Below are positions 23,870 through 37,149 of a stretch of 64,000 nucleotides of DNA, one piece after another (position 1 is the stretch's first letter; every line of letters starts with the position of its first letter). The DNA is from the human T2T-CHM13v2.0 reference genome, Homo sapiens. The notes below the pieces were generated by a model. It did no database searches. It was not told where the DNA came from and was given only the letters and a program-made list of their open reading frames with translations. The stretch spans positions 14,976,001 through 15,040,000 of the forward strand of contig CP068257.2 in assembly GCA_009914755.4 (NCBI GenBank), in the 5' to 3' direction. The translations under genes and the position numbers were made by a program.

Positions 23870-26800
23870 ATTGGTGGGTGTATTTGTTATCTATTACTTC
23901 CTAACAAATCGACAATAATTAAGTGTCTTAAGACAACACATATTTATTACCTCATAGTTTCTGTGGGTCAGAAATCTGGGCATGGTTTATGTGAGTTCTT
24001 TGATTTAAAGTTGTTGGCAAATCTGTAAACAAGGAAGCAGTCAGGACCGAGGTCTCATCTGAAAGTCAACTTGGGATGGGTCTGCTTCCAGCCTCACTTA
24101 ACATAACAGCTGGCAGGATTCAGTTGCTCTTGGGTAGTTGGATTGATGGCCTCAGATAACTAGGTAGCTATTAGCTAGATTTCACCCTCAGTTTGTTGCC
24201 GTGTGGGCCTCCCTAAGGTGGCAATTTACTTCATCAAAACCAGCAAGGGAGAGAGTTGGCTACAATCTCTAGTAATGTAGCTACAGAAATGACATCCCCT
24301 TAGCAATGAGATATTTTATTAATTAGAAAGAAATTACTCAACAGGAGGGGATTACACAATGTAGTGAATACCAGGAGGCTGAGATCAGAAGGAGCTAGTG
24401 TAGAAGCTGCCTACCACAGTGAGTAGTATTCTATTACATGAATATACCAGAATGTCTGAATCCACCCAACTGGGCATAGACGTTTGTGTTCATTCAAGAT
24501 ACAGACTATTATTATTTTAAAAATAAAAGTTACTATGAACATTTAAGTATAAGCTTTTGTGTGGGCGTGTTTCATTTGTTTTGAATGAAATTGCAGGGTC
24601 GCATAGAAAATGCATATTTAATCTTATAAGAAGCTGCTTAAAATGCTTTGCAATGTGATTTTACCATTTTACACTCCCAACAATGTATAGCAATATATCA
24701 TAGATCTAGTGGTTTCATATCTCCACAAACACTTGATATTGTCACTCAGTTTAATTGTAGCTACTTAAATAGGCTTATAATGGTACTCGTTATGATTTTA
24801 ATATGCATTTCCCTAATGCCTATTAGGGACTAATTATGTTAAGCATCTTTTCATGTATTTGGAGGCCATTTGTGTACCTTCATTTGTAAAATATCTGTTT
24901 AAGTAGCTTGCCCATTTGGATTGCTTTACATTTTATTATAGAGTCATAAGCATCCTTTATATATTCTGAATATAACTCTTTTATCAGACATACATATATA
25001 TCAAATATTTTTTTCTAAGTTTGTGGTTTGTGTTTTTACTTTTTATACTGTTTATTGAATAGTAGATTTTATATTCATTTTATCCATTCTGTTATGATCG
25101 ATATTTTTTGAACTATGAAAATATTGCTATGTAAAAATAAAAAATATATTTTCATCCCGAGTTTCATAATTTTAGCTTTCACTCTTATATCTGTGATTCA
25201 TTCTGAGTTTTCTTGTATAGTTTAAAGTCAGAGTGGGTGTTTGTTTGCTTATTAATATATTTATAGATATTTCTAATTCTTTCTAGCACCATTTATTAAA
25301 AAGTCTCTTTTTTTACCCATTGAATTATTTTTTTTAAATTGTTATGTCTAAAATCAAATTACCAAATACACATTGTCTATTTTGAACTATTTATTCTGTT
25401 TCATTGATTTTTATGTGTTCCTTTACACCAATATCATTGTCTTAATTACTGTAGATTTGTTGGAAATATGGGAGTCAAATTTAAGGATTTCAATTTTGTC
25501 CTTTTATCAAGTTGTTTTGGCTGTTCTAGGTCCTTTGCATTTCCCTATAACATTTGGAATTAGGTTGTCAATATTTCCCCAGAATAAAGCCTGCTGGGAT
25601 TTTGAACAGGATTGCATGGAATCTATAAATCAATTTAGTGAGAATTAATAACATATTAAGTACTCTAATTGATGAACATAGTATCATCTTCCATTTATTT
25701 AGTCTTTGACTTCTCGGAAATGTTTTATAGTTTTCAGTGTGTAGGTCTTGAAGTTTGTAAAATTCTAAGTGTTTTATGGTTTTGACTGTAATTGTAAATA
25801 CCTCCCATTGTTCATTGTTAGTACATAGAAATAAAATAAATTTTGTATTAATTTGTCTCATGCAATCTTCTATACTCACTTCTTTCCAATAGTTTTATGT
25901 GGAATTCTTAGAAGCTTCCACTTACATCATCATGTCATTTGGTAATTAAAACAATTTTACATCCTTTTCTTATATCTGTATGTCTTTTTTTTAATTTTGC
26001 TTTATTGCACTTCAGTACAATGTTGAATAGGAGTGTTAAACACTGATTCTTCCCTTATTCTTAATGCTGAGGAGAAAAGTCTTTCACTTTTAAGTGTGAT
26101 GTTAACTGTAGGTTTTTATAGCTGCCTTTCATCGGATTGAGAATGTTCCTTTTTATCGCTAGTTGACTGAGATGTTTTATCAAAAATGGAATTTTGTCAA
26201 ATGCTTTTTCTGGAATGGTCTGATGGTTCTTCTCCTTTATCCTGTTAACGTGGTGAATTATAATGATCGATATTCAAGTTAAACAGTGCATTCCTGGAAA
26301 AGCCCTATAGGGTTATGATATATTCCCTTTTAAAAGATTTGCAGGATTAATTCGCTAATATTTGTTCAGGATTTTGTGTCTAAATTCATGAGAAATATTT
26401 GTCTATACTTTTCTTGTAATATCATTTTAAATCAGGGAAATGCTGGCCTCATAAAATGAATTAAAGAATGTTCCACTCTCCTATAATTTTCTGGAACAGT
26501 TTGCATAGGACTGGTATTATTTTTCCTTAAAAGTGTGATAAAATTCACCAGTGAAGCCATCTGATCTGAGGATTTCTTTGTGGAATCATTTAAAATTATA
26601 ATTCCAATTTTTAAATTGGAATTTTAAATTGATTTTAACTCAGATTTTCTATTTCTATTTCTTTTTGAGTCAGCTGGGTATTTTTTTTCCGTTTAAGGAA
26701 TTTGTTCATTGAATTTAATTTTTCTAATGTATTGGCTTAAAGTTGGTTATAGTGTGCTCTTCTTGTCCTTTTAATGTTAGCAGAATTTAAATTGATATGT

Positions 26801-27650
26801 CCCCCCTTTTTTTTCATTTCTGATATTGTTAACATTTCTTCCCATGCGGACTCAGTGTATTTGTGTTTGTGCTGCTTAGGGTTCATTGTGATTCTGTATA
26901 TTTAAATTTTTCTTAAATTTGAACAAATTGTTCATTTTATCTGCAGATATTCGCTCTGCCACCCCTTCTTCCTGGGCCTTAAATTATACAGCCATTACAT
27001 TGCTCAGTGTTATCTCACAGCTCACAGAAATGCATTTCATTTTTTTTCACTCTTTTTCTCTCTGGGTTTCATTTTAGGTGGTTTTTATTGATAGTCTTCA
27101 AAAATTTACTAATATTTTCTTTTGCAGTAAAGTTTACTAAGAGTTTTTGTCTGCAGTGTCTAATCCTGTGTGGTGAATTTTTCGTGCGAGATATTCTAGT
27201 TTTTATTTCTAGATAATCTAGGTTATTCTGTTTAAATTTCTTCTATCTATTAACATCATGTTTTCTTTACTTAATTGAATAACACTCTAACAGCTATTTT
27301 AATATCCTTGCCTTCTAATTCCATCACCTCTACCATTTATTGTTCTGTTTCTATCGCCTAGTTTGTCTCCTCATTATGTGTCTCATTTTCCTATTTCTTA
27401 ACATGTTTAATAATTTTTGACTGGATGCTGGATGTGTGAATTTTACTGCAGTGATGGTCAGTCATAGTCATTTTTGTCCTCTGTTGAAACCTAGTAGTGT
27501 GTCGCCTTTGTTCTAGAAGGCAGTTAAGTCACCTGCATTTCATCTTGCTTTTTTTGAGGTTTGTTTTTACTTTTTTTTGGTTATGGCTGCAGCAGCCCAT
27601 ATTCTAGGTATAATCAAACTCCACTACTAAAGATGGATTTTTTTTTTTAA
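23870..27650 (-). mobile_element. L1 LINE (L1M-class), antisense: ~0.55 kb 3' UTR plus ~3 kb of ORF2, degenerate
   Basis: Antisense ORF2 landmarks appear in order. 'gtattctattacatgaatataccagaatgtctgaatccacccaactgggcatagacgtttgtgttcattc' is the antisense of the '..WINKMWYIHTMEYY' region. 'accattttacactcccaacaatgtatag' is the antisense of HCWWECK. 'atgcatttccctaatgcctattagggactaattatgttaagcatcttttcatgtatttggaggccatttgtgtacc' and '..tttgcataggactggtattatttttccttaaaagtgtgataaaattcaccagtgaagccatctgatctgaggatttctttgtgg' match the familiar antisense L1 string 'ttgtctaggattggtattagttcttctttaaatgtttggtagaattcaccagtgaagccatctggtcctggg'. Confidence 0.8.
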
Positions 27651-27659
27651 CATCACTAT

Positions 27660-27965
27660 TGAATTTTGAGAGTGATCAATGAGGATGCTTCACTCTGGCT
27701 GGAATAAACCCAAGGATCCCCAGCCCTGTGTGAGCTCTGGGAACTGCTCACCTCACAACTCTGAGCCAATTTCTGCTTATTCTCATGGGGTTTTATCCTA
27801 TGCAGATATATCTCACAGCTAAGTCTCAAAGGGGCCTCATTAAGATTTCTGATGTTCTTTTTCTGTATGACTTCTTCCTCTTTGAAACTCAGATTTTTAT
27901 TCCAAATATGGTTGTATTCTGGGATTCCAGGTAGACATATCTTTTGGGGCCACAATTCAACCTAC
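27660..27965 (-). mobile_element. MaLR-type LTR remnant, antisense (MLT-like), abutting the L1 above
   Basis: Ends with 'ccaggtagacatatcttttggggccacaattcaacctactatga'. This is the reverse complement of the MaLR LTR 5' end ('tgttatgg..gaattgtgtcccccaaaattcatatgttgaagccctaaccccc'). Confidence 0.4.
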
Positions 27966-30835
27966 TATGATACCTAATGAAAAGTGTCATTTAGTATGGA
28001 CCTCTTAAATTTCACGTTACAAACTACAGAGAACTGTGACTGTGAAATTCAACTTTTCAGAAGTGACTATAATATCCTGAAATAAAGTATATCTCTGTCT
28101 TCAAATGCTTTTACTAGATTCCTTGCACACAGATTTATGTGGTGTACTATAATCATCACAAAAGAATGACACAGTACTCTCTTTCAGTATGTTTACTGTT
28201 TTTCCAGGAAGATAAATCAGGAATATACAAAAAAATCAAACCCAGTTTAAGAGAGCAAATTAATAGACATCCAAAGGCAGTAATTGAGGGGTTATAAAAT
28301 AGGTGAGTGCATAAGTTTAGAGAAGAAAGCTATCTGAGGTCTGGATTCAATTGAAAAGGTTTCATAAGTAATAGGGAGCTAGAGAAGGAGGTTGGAGAAT
28401 AAAGAATGGAATGGACCACATTCCAGGAAGTTGAAAGAGGAGATAAACCACAGTGAACTAAGGGTTGAGGTAGGCAAGTGACTGGTGATCAAGAGGAAGA
28501 GGTGGAAAATTGAGTAATTCGAGAGCAAACCATGAATTAAATGTAGAATAAGAGCTTGACTTTTATTCTACACTAAGTAAAAATCCACTGATTTTTGAAA
28601 CATGGGTTATGAGTGAGCTTATCTTTTCTAGCTTATTTTTTCTACTGTCTCTCTTCTTCCTTCTATTTTGTTCCAGGATAGTCTTTCCAAAACTCTACTC
28701 TGCACATCAAAAATTCCTTCCAATTTTTTTTTTTATTTCTTCAGCTCGTCCCTCAAACTCATTATTTTCTCCCATTTTTTCCCTCTAAACTGTTTTTCTG
28801 AAAATTATCCTAGAGCTTCTTCTGTCATTTTGATGTGCATATTTACAAACAAGTGGGCCTTACACAAAAGTACAATCACCTGCCAGACACTTTTTTGCAC
28901 TTAAACCTACAGCCTATTTAGATGTCAATTATAGTTGAATATTCCTTTGATTAATAGCTAAGGTTTCTATATTTTATACAGATTTAATCCTACTGTAATG
29001 ACATGCAAAGCAGATTTAAGTTTATATTTAGCAGGGATCTGTTGAAAATGTGAATGAAATTCTGTCTGAGCTGGAACCACGTTGTGCAGAGCCCGTGGTT
29101 CTTTGCTGGTGAGGCCCTTAACCCCTCTGGCTACAGAGTTATTTTTCTTTGGCACCCAAAGGTGGAGCAGGGACAGATGATGAAGGGGGCAGCAGTTCAA
29201 ACATGCTGTTCTATCATGTAAATATTCTCTAAGCACTAGCGCTGGACTATTACTCTCAGCAGTTTATTAGTTCATAGGAAAAATACAAGTAAATGTGGAA
29301 ATAAACATTGCAGGCAAAGTTGCTTTTAATAGTGTATCTAGTCTTAATATTCCCAATTTAGTCATTTCTGGAAATCAACACAAGTGAAGATTACAAGCTC
29401 CGTTGCTATATCTTTACAATGATTATTTCTAACACAGTGAAAACAGATTGACGGCATCATCTACAGAGTAAGCTGTGGTTAGTTGTACGTTTCCATTTCC
29501 CTTTCTGTGTCTTTTCCACTATAAATCACCTGACTGCAAATAGCCAAGTATCATAGACACGCTTTGTTTTCCAAGCCTTGTACATGTTGAGTAGAACACT
29601 TTTAAAATGTCCCACATTGTAGAGTATAGCATAGCATAAGCTTCAGGAGAAATACGACAGCATCAGTTGGTTGCAGTAGGAAAACCATCCCAGAGCCACG
29701 ATTAATAGAGAAAAGACACAGACAAAATTAAAAATTTTGTGGACTTGCTAGACAAACTTTTTCTGAAATGTCTTCTCACCTTTCAAACAACACAAAGAAA
29801 AGTATGAGTGGCCTCTGATTCTGGATAAAGAAGAAGAATATTGTAGCTAATTTACACCAAAGTCATCCACATCTCTCCAACACCCAATCCTTCCTAAAAG
29901 GTAACTAAACCTATCCAGTAACAGTAAACTTGCTCCTAGGTGGACTCATCTTCCATTTCACTCCCACAAATGTCAGGAAGGATTCTAAGGTTCTGAGGAA
30001 GAAAACTTATAACAAAAGGTAAGGGGTATTAGAGTTGCTGAGCCTAGAGAAAGGCAGAAAAAGCACAGGTATAAGAATAGCCTTAGGATGTGAAGGAGCA
30101 AGGCACTTATTCCCATGAGGATGAAAATTGTGTCTAAATTAATCTTGCCTCTGGCATGAATTTTAAAGACTCTGGTACTTTTACAAATGCGGCTGCTGCT
30201 ATTATAACTTAGCTGATGCATGTATAGAATAAAGGGTTTAGGTTAGACAGTTTAAATAATTTGCAGATTTTAGACTTTACAACGGGAGGCCAATTTGTTT
30301 CTGCGAAGGGACAGATAGGACATAGTTGATGCTTTGAGGGCCATAGTCTGTCACAAGTACAGAAATCTGACACTGGAGCTGGAAGACAGCAATAGATCAT
30401 GGGCGTAGCAGGTTTCTGCAGACCACACATTGCCAACTCCTGCTCTAAATTATTAACATTAGTTGCTAGAACTGAACCAAAACATCGTTTTGGAGAAGTG
30501 GCTGATGTGGAGGTTTATTGACAAAGGGGAAGGCTAAACTCCGACTCCCATAGCTCCTGTTAGTAAACATCTTTCTAAGAAAAAAGTTCACTTGCAATGC
30601 AAAGGGAGCATCAGTACATATTCCATAGGCCTCCTTCCAACTAAACTGCTGCCCGCATGCTCCACCCCATAGCAGTGTTGCAACTTGCATGGCACACAAA
30701 GATACGGAAGGTGTTTACTTAACAAAGGGAATAATTTAAGTGTCCTTTCTGAATGTTGGGGATATTGCTTCTCACAGCCAAATCAAAATATTTTCACAGT
30801 TTCAATAAAACTGAATTTTAGTAGTGACATTACAT

Positions 30836-31080
30836 CAGTGGTTCTCAAGTAGGGTTTGATTTTGCCCAGCAAGGGACGTTTGAAAACACCTGGAGATATA
30901 ACTCCAAAATTGTCATAGCTGGGAAGGGGTTGTTACTGGCATCCACTGGGAAGAAAGCAGGAGCTAAGATGTTTAGCGGGAATGGGTGCTGCTAAGCATC
31001 CTACAATGCACAAGGCATCCCCCCACAACAAGGACTTATCCAATCCAAAATGTCAATAGTGTTGAGGTTGAGAAGCCCTC
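30836..31080 (+). mobile_element. hAT-Charlie non-autonomous DNA transposon, MER20-like (~245 bp, TIR cagtggttctcaa / ttgagaa..cc)
   Basis: 'cagtggttctcaagtagggtttgattttgcccagcaagggacgtttgaaaacacctggagatataactccaaaattgtcatagctgggaaggggttgttactggcatccactgggaagaaagcaggagctaagatgtttagcgggaatgggtgctgctaagcatcctacaatgcacaaggcatccccccacaacaaggacttatccaatccaaaatgtcaatagtgttgaggttgagaagccctc' closely follows the MER20 consensus as I recall it ('cagtggttctcaacc..gattttgccccc..gggacatttggcaatgtctggagacatttttggttgtcacaactgg..ggtgctactggcatctagtgggtagaggccagggatgctgctaaacatcctacaatgcacaggacagcccccacaacaaagaattatccggcccaaaatgtcaatagtgccgaggttgagaaaccctg'). Confidence 0.55.
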
Positions 31081-33119
31081 CAGTAGTACTTTAATAAATT
31101 CTTCCTTTTGCGAAAATAATTACAACATAAAACATAAATTCATTTTTGGGAGGAATCTTGAGAGCCATCACTGCACAACAGTTTTCAGAGCAAAAGCTTT
31201 CCAAATAGTTTGCAGAAGGAACTCTCATGAAAATATTTTGCATTTTGCAAATTAATACAGGAAGTAAAAGGAAGCCTAATATTTAAAGATCTGAATGCAG
31301 TATCTTTGAGAGTATGGCTTAAAATTCTTGCTTTGAAGAAAGGTGCTGGAATTCAGAGTGTTTTGTAGTTTAATTTCTCTAACCCTAGTGTTGGATATAA
31401 AATATAGATATATTTAGTTTTTCTATTATGAGCATGGTATAGGCTGGAATTATATCACGCCTGAGCAATAACTTACCAGGTTAATGCTGAGAACTGGAAC
31501 TATGGAAGAGAGAAGGCTTAAAGTACATGATAAAATAGAAGCAATGCTTTTGTAGAGTTGGAAAGAGATTAGTGGAGACTTGGAACTGCCTAAGAACCGT
31601 ATGTTTTTCTGTAGGGAAAGCGGTAGCTAAGATGTAGTTGAGGCTGGGCTGACAGAATCAGGTCAAAGTGTTCTGCTCCATTTTGATGTGTCTTAATATG
31701 GAGTTACTCAGATGAAGTTAAATCTGTGTAAGTCCTGAGTTTGGATAAAGGAAAAACACTTCAGTGAACATATGGAGTTCCCTTCAGTAATTTAGTTTAG
31801 TCACATATATTGATCAAGGTTACCCCAAATAATCAGAAGCTATTAAAACTTATCGAAGCCTCCAAATTATTTAATGACAACAGAGTTAGGAGGCAGGAAC
31901 CAACCAATAAATTCTACATTTAAAAAAATCAAACTGGTTATTTGTGGAAATAAATATGAAATTCCTGCTACTGGTTTATTTATTTATTTTAATGTAAAAA
32001 TTAACTTTTTACTTTAAACTTAGATATACAGAAAAGTTTTCAAGATAGTACAGAATTCCTAGTACGTTAGTATGGCACACCTGTCACAAGTTATGAATCA
32101 ATATTAATACAGTATTATTAACTAAGGTCTATACTTTATTTAAATTTTCTGTTTCCCTAACATTGCTTTTTCTGTTCCAGAATCTCATGCAAGATACCAT
32201 ATTACATTTGTTCAGTATGTCTTCTTAGGTTTCTCTTAGCTGTGACAGGTTCTTAGACTTTCTTCGTTTTTACTGGTGAGATATTTTACAGTATGTCCCT
32301 CCATTGGGATTTGACTGGTGTTTTCTCATAAACTAGGCTGGGGTTGTATATTTTGAGAAGAAGACTACAGAGATAAAATGCCAGTTCTAGAAAATCATCT
32401 CCAGGTTACACACTATCAACTTGACAGATCACTCGATAGAAACCTCGCATCATCTAGCGAAGGTAGTGCACATAATTCAGTTTTAAACTGAACTTTATTT
32501 ATATATTGAAATTATATATAATAAATACCACATATTATGTAAGATCGTTTGGGAAAATGTTAAGACAGATATCTTGCTTTAATTTTTAAAAAATCATTCT
32601 GTTTTCTTGAAAAGTGTTCACTAAAATATTTAACTGAAACCACAACTGTTTACTGCTGTTAACACCTAATCCTAGACTAACTTACAGCTAGTCTTATTTA
32701 TAACACTCTTTAATTTACTTCTGTGAAATAATATTGAAGGTCATATTTTTTCCTAAAGTGGAAAAAACACTACTACTCCTCCTAATAATATTTTTAGTAA
32801 AAGCATCTTATAATTTTTATAGCATTTTCATGTATATTATGTTTCCGGAGTCTCATAACAATCCCATTAGATAATCAGTGGATATTATTTCTTTAGTCAT
32901 AGTAACTGTGTTTTTGTACTTTGCTATCAAATATGACAACTATTTACATATTGTATGTGTCTTTATTGCATGAGTGCAAAGATATATTAATAGATAAGGA
33001 AATTTACCACTCTTCCTTCCCTGAAAAATTTACATTTGTACTTATTATGTGTCTATATATATTTGTAAGAGGAATCTATCCATTCAATAATTTCCATTAT
33101 AAAGAAAATATTGGGTTTT

Positions 33120-33420
33120 GCCGGGCGCGGTGGCTCACGCCTGTAATCCCAGCACTTCGGGAGGCCGAGGCGGGCAGATCACGAGGTCAAGAGATCGAGA
33201 CCATTCTGGCCAACATGGTGAAACCCTGTCTCTACTAAAAATACAAAAATTAGATGGGAGTGGTGGCACATACCTGTAGTCCCAGCTACTTGGGAAGCTG
33301 AGGCAGGAGAATCCCTTGAACCCCGAGGCGGAGGTTGCAGTGAGCCAACATCGCGCCACTGCACTCCAGCCTAGTGACAGAGTGAGACTCCGTCTCAAAA
33401 AAAAAAAAAAAAAAAAAAGA
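33120..33420 (+). mobile_element. Alu SINE (AluS/Y-like), full length, sense, A30 tail
   Basis: 'gccgggcgcggtggctcacgcctgtaatcccagcacttcgggaggccgaggcgggcagatcacgaggtcaagagatcgagaccattctggccaacatggtgaaaccctgtctctactaaaaatacaaaaattagatggg...gccactgcactccagcctagtgacagagtgagactccgtctcaaaaaaaaaaaaaaaaaaaaaaag'. Confidence 0.95.
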
Positions 33421-34564
33421 AAGAAAATAATGGGTTTTCCTATTTGCTAGCAGTTAGTAAGATTTTGCATTTTACTAAAATTAGTTTTCAAGCCTAGTGT
33501 GCCAATAAAAATAAACATTTTAATAGGCAAATGCCAAAATTATCCTGACACCTATAAACGAAGTTATCAGCTGAAATAGATGAAATTATTTTAGAGATTA
33601 TTCTGAACATCTGATTGTTAGATTTCTAAAATATATTTAAATATTATACTGTAGTTAAGTTACTGTATAGGAATAGAAGAAATAAGCTATTATTTTTCTT
33701 TTCTTGGCATCTGCTCCCTCTAATTTGGACATTTCATCTGTTGTAATTACTTTTCAAAAGCTAATAAAACTAATATTTGCTTAAAAAAGGTTTATTAAAA
33801 CAATTTGTATATGGAAAAAGACCAGACTTTTCTTAGGACAATTTATATTAATAAGCCATAATTGTTTAATGTTTGTGTTAATAAAAATAATCTTCAGGCA
33901 ATATTATGGGCTAGATGGGTAAAGAAACTCTCCCAGTACAGAGCGTCTAAATATGCTGATAAAAATATTTTTAAAAAGCTTTTCATAAAGCTACTTGACT
34001 GATGTAAATTAATCTTAGTCCAGAAACAAAGATAAAATATGATATCATAGGGCCAAGAAATTATTAAAGCCTATTCTAACCCAAAGGGCATCTACTGATC
34101 TCTGGTGGCTTAGAGCCTAGGTTTTAAAGGGACACTGAATACAAAGGACAAGAGACAGCTTGTGGGCCTTGTGTGGGAGGTCAAGTTTGCCTGCCAATAT
34201 GGGACACAGAAAGATTAGCCAGGCAATAGGGGTACACACACACATACAGACATACACACATGGAAGCTTATATAGTTTATCTGACTTGGGCGAGGCTTGG
34301 CATAGAGTAGAAAAAAATAAAGACTCGCTTGAAAATTCATGATCATAAACTTACATTCAAGCACATATGGGTAAGTTAAAAAAATCCTTTTTGAAAATTT
34401 AGTTTAACATAGTCTTGGATTGTGCCTATAGTTACCTGACTGAAGCAAAAGTAAATATTTCATGGAGAAATTCACTCTAAACACAGTTCCTAAATAATTC
34501 TTATGTCACATGACTCCATTATACAAAGAAATTACAAAACACATAAGAAACAAGCCACTGATTA

Positions 34565-35280
34565 TGAGTAATCATTAAAAAGTCTGGACACAACAGATGC
34601 AGGCGAGGATGTGGAGAAATAGGAACTCTTTTACACTGTTGGTGGGAGTGTAAATTAGTTCAATCATTGTAAAAGACAGTGTGGCAATTCCTCAAGGATC
34701 TAGAGCCAGAAATATCATTTGACCCAGCAATCCCATTACTGGGTATATACCCAAAGGATTATAAATCATTTTACAATAAAAACACATGCACACGTATGTT
34801 TATTGCAACACTATTCACAATACCAAAGACTTGGAACCAACCCAAATGCTCATCAATGATAATCTGGATAAATAAAACGTGACACATAGACACCATGGAA
34901 TACTATGCAGCCATAAAAAAGGATGAGTTTATGTCCTTTGCAGGGACATGGATGATGCTGGAAGCCATCATCCTCAGCAAACTATCACAAGGGCAGAAAA
35001 CCAAACACCACATGTTCTCACTCATAAGTGGGAGTTGAACAATGAGAACACATGGACACAGGGAGGGCAACATCACATGCCAGGGCCTGTCGGGGATAGA
35101 GGGAAAGGGGAGGGAGAGTATTAGGACAAATACCTAGTGCATGAGGGGCTTAAAACCTAGATGACAGGTTGATAGGTGCAGCAAACCACCATGACACATG
35201 TATACCTATGTAACAAACCTGCATGTTCAACACATGTATCCCAGAACTTAAAGTAAAATAATAATAATAAAAAAAAAACA
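34565..35280 (+). mobile_element. L1 LINE 3' end (L1PA-like), sense: last ~110 codons of ORF2, the 3' UTR and a poly-A/(TAA)n tail
   Basis: The track ORF 34679..34882 translates 'WQFLKDLEPEISFDPAIPLLGIYPKDYKSFYNKNTCTRMFIATLFTIPKTWNQPKC..', the L1 ORF2 C-terminus. Downstream is '..ccatggaatactatgcagccataaaaaaggatgagtttatgtcctttgcagggacatggatg..' and the 3' UTR '..aggtgcagcaaaccaccatgacacatgtatacctatgtaacaaacctgcatgttc..cccagaacttaaagtaaaataataataataaaaaaaaaac'. Confidence 0.9.
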
Positions 35281-37149
35281 AACCAACAAACCATTATGAA
35301 CAAGAGTTACCAGAAACAGTAAATTGCATGCTCAGACCCATGAATATTATAGTCATTGGTACTGGTAGATGCAGAATATAAAATCTATGTGTCTTACATA
35401 TTTAAAGGAATGAATAAGAATTTAAAGGATAAACAAGAAATACAAGGCCATCCCATCTGATAAAGCAGTTTTAAAAGTGTTACCAACATAACTGGAAGGA
35501 ATTAAAATATGTTTATGGAGGTAAAAATTTAATAAGCAAGTTTTGTATCAGGTCAGAGACACTTGAAAACCGATTTAGTATCATGAGGACTTCCATTTTT
35601 ATAATATAGTGGAATGGGTGCCAGGCCAGTCATGTCACCTAAAACATCTTGCAATAACACATGAATTTAGACTGTCAAATCAGACTCAAATGAATCAGAG
35701 ATCTAACCCAGAATCAAGAATTACTAATTATTTTATGAATACAACTAAATTTAGGGCACAGGCAAAGTGAGAAGAGACCTGGGATCATTATTAGAGCTCC
35801 CGGTTCTTGCTTTCTATATCAGACGCACTCTGAACCCAGACTCATATGTGAGGTCTCTAAATGTGTGCAGAAGAAAATATTTCAGATTATGAAACATTTC
35901 CATTTTATATTCGTACAGTTACATGGCCTTTGTGACATCTTCCATTTCCCGTGCCACATAAATCCATAGATTCCAAATTTGTTTATGATAAACCAGTCTA
36001 TGCAACCAAGAATATACTATTACAAGCTTTCCATAAATAACGGCTCTCCTGCTAACAAATACAATTTGCTAGTTTTCAGGAAACTAGCTAGTTTTCAGGA
36101 AATTCAAACTTTGGAATTTGTAACCACAAACTAGTTCTCATATGGGTTTATTGCCCAAATTTATAGTCCATGAATGGCCCGAAACAACCCAAGCTGTGGA
36201 CTTAGTTGAAATCCTAGACTAGTACAGGAATATTACTAAAACAAAGACAAAAATGGTATGATAGACCCTACATTTATCCAGGACTCCTCTATCTCTCCCA
36301 AAGAATTCACAATTAGCATTCCAACAAAAATAGTCAGAAAACTATTAGAAATCAACAAATCCACAGGTAAACACATCAACCATGTGCTAGAAAAATTATG
36401 GTTGGAAGAACAGAAAACAGGATTCCAGCCACAAAATTGATAAAATTGAATTACCGAATACATAGTATAAACTATATGATTTAATATATTTGAGATATTA
36501 ATAAGAGGTTTACCTTGAATAAAGAACTTGTAAATTTACAAATGAGCTATTAGAACTCTTAGACTTGGAAAATATAGTTGAAGTGAAATATTTAAAGGAT
36601 TTAATAGCTGATTAAGTTTGGTTGTAAGGAATTAAAAAAACTGATAACATTTTAGAGAAGTTATTTGGAAGCAACCCAGAGAAAAGAGGTGGAAAATAGG
36701 AAAGAGAAGATAGATGACAAGGAAGCTAAAGACAGCAGGAAGTGATCCTAAGACAAAGTAAATATGTGAGTAAATCTAAACAAATACTGACTGTATGAAA
36801 CGATGATATTAGTATCGTAAAGAGACAAAAAATAGTTGAAAATAATAGCAGAGAAATCAAAAGGCCATTTCTTGGAATTGTTTGGGAGTAAAAGACCCAT
36901 TACTTTTTATCATTTGGGAAAGTTAAGCATGCATAGATACTTTCTAGGATAACAACTAAAATAATAGAAATAAAAACTCCAAACTAGTAGAAAAATACGA
37001 ATAAGAAACCATAATCATTTTCCTAAAAAGGACAAAACACAAGCAAAAAATAAAACCAGGACAAATTGTTTACAATAAGATAGTAGAAATACATTTTTAA
37101 AAATCAATATTTGCAATAAATATGAAAAGATTAACTGCCTCAAATTAGT

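Noticed and set aside
29073-29101. Hairpin gaaccacg-(12 nt)-cgtggttc
   Set aside because: An 8-bp stem with a 12-nt loop is expected roughly 10-20 times by chance in 64 kb. There is nothing else distinctive about it.
29985-30699. Three consecutive minus-strand ORFs (78, 75, 77 aa) that might be a frameshifted longer gene
   Set aside because: They are separated by stops and frame changes and have no recognisable protein similarity. Codon usage is indistinguishable from surrounding non-coding sequence. They are treated as chance ORFs.
36060-36110. Short tandem duplication 'ctagttttcaggaaa' x2
   Set aside because: It is a single 15-bp duplication, a common replication-slippage event with no evident functional context.
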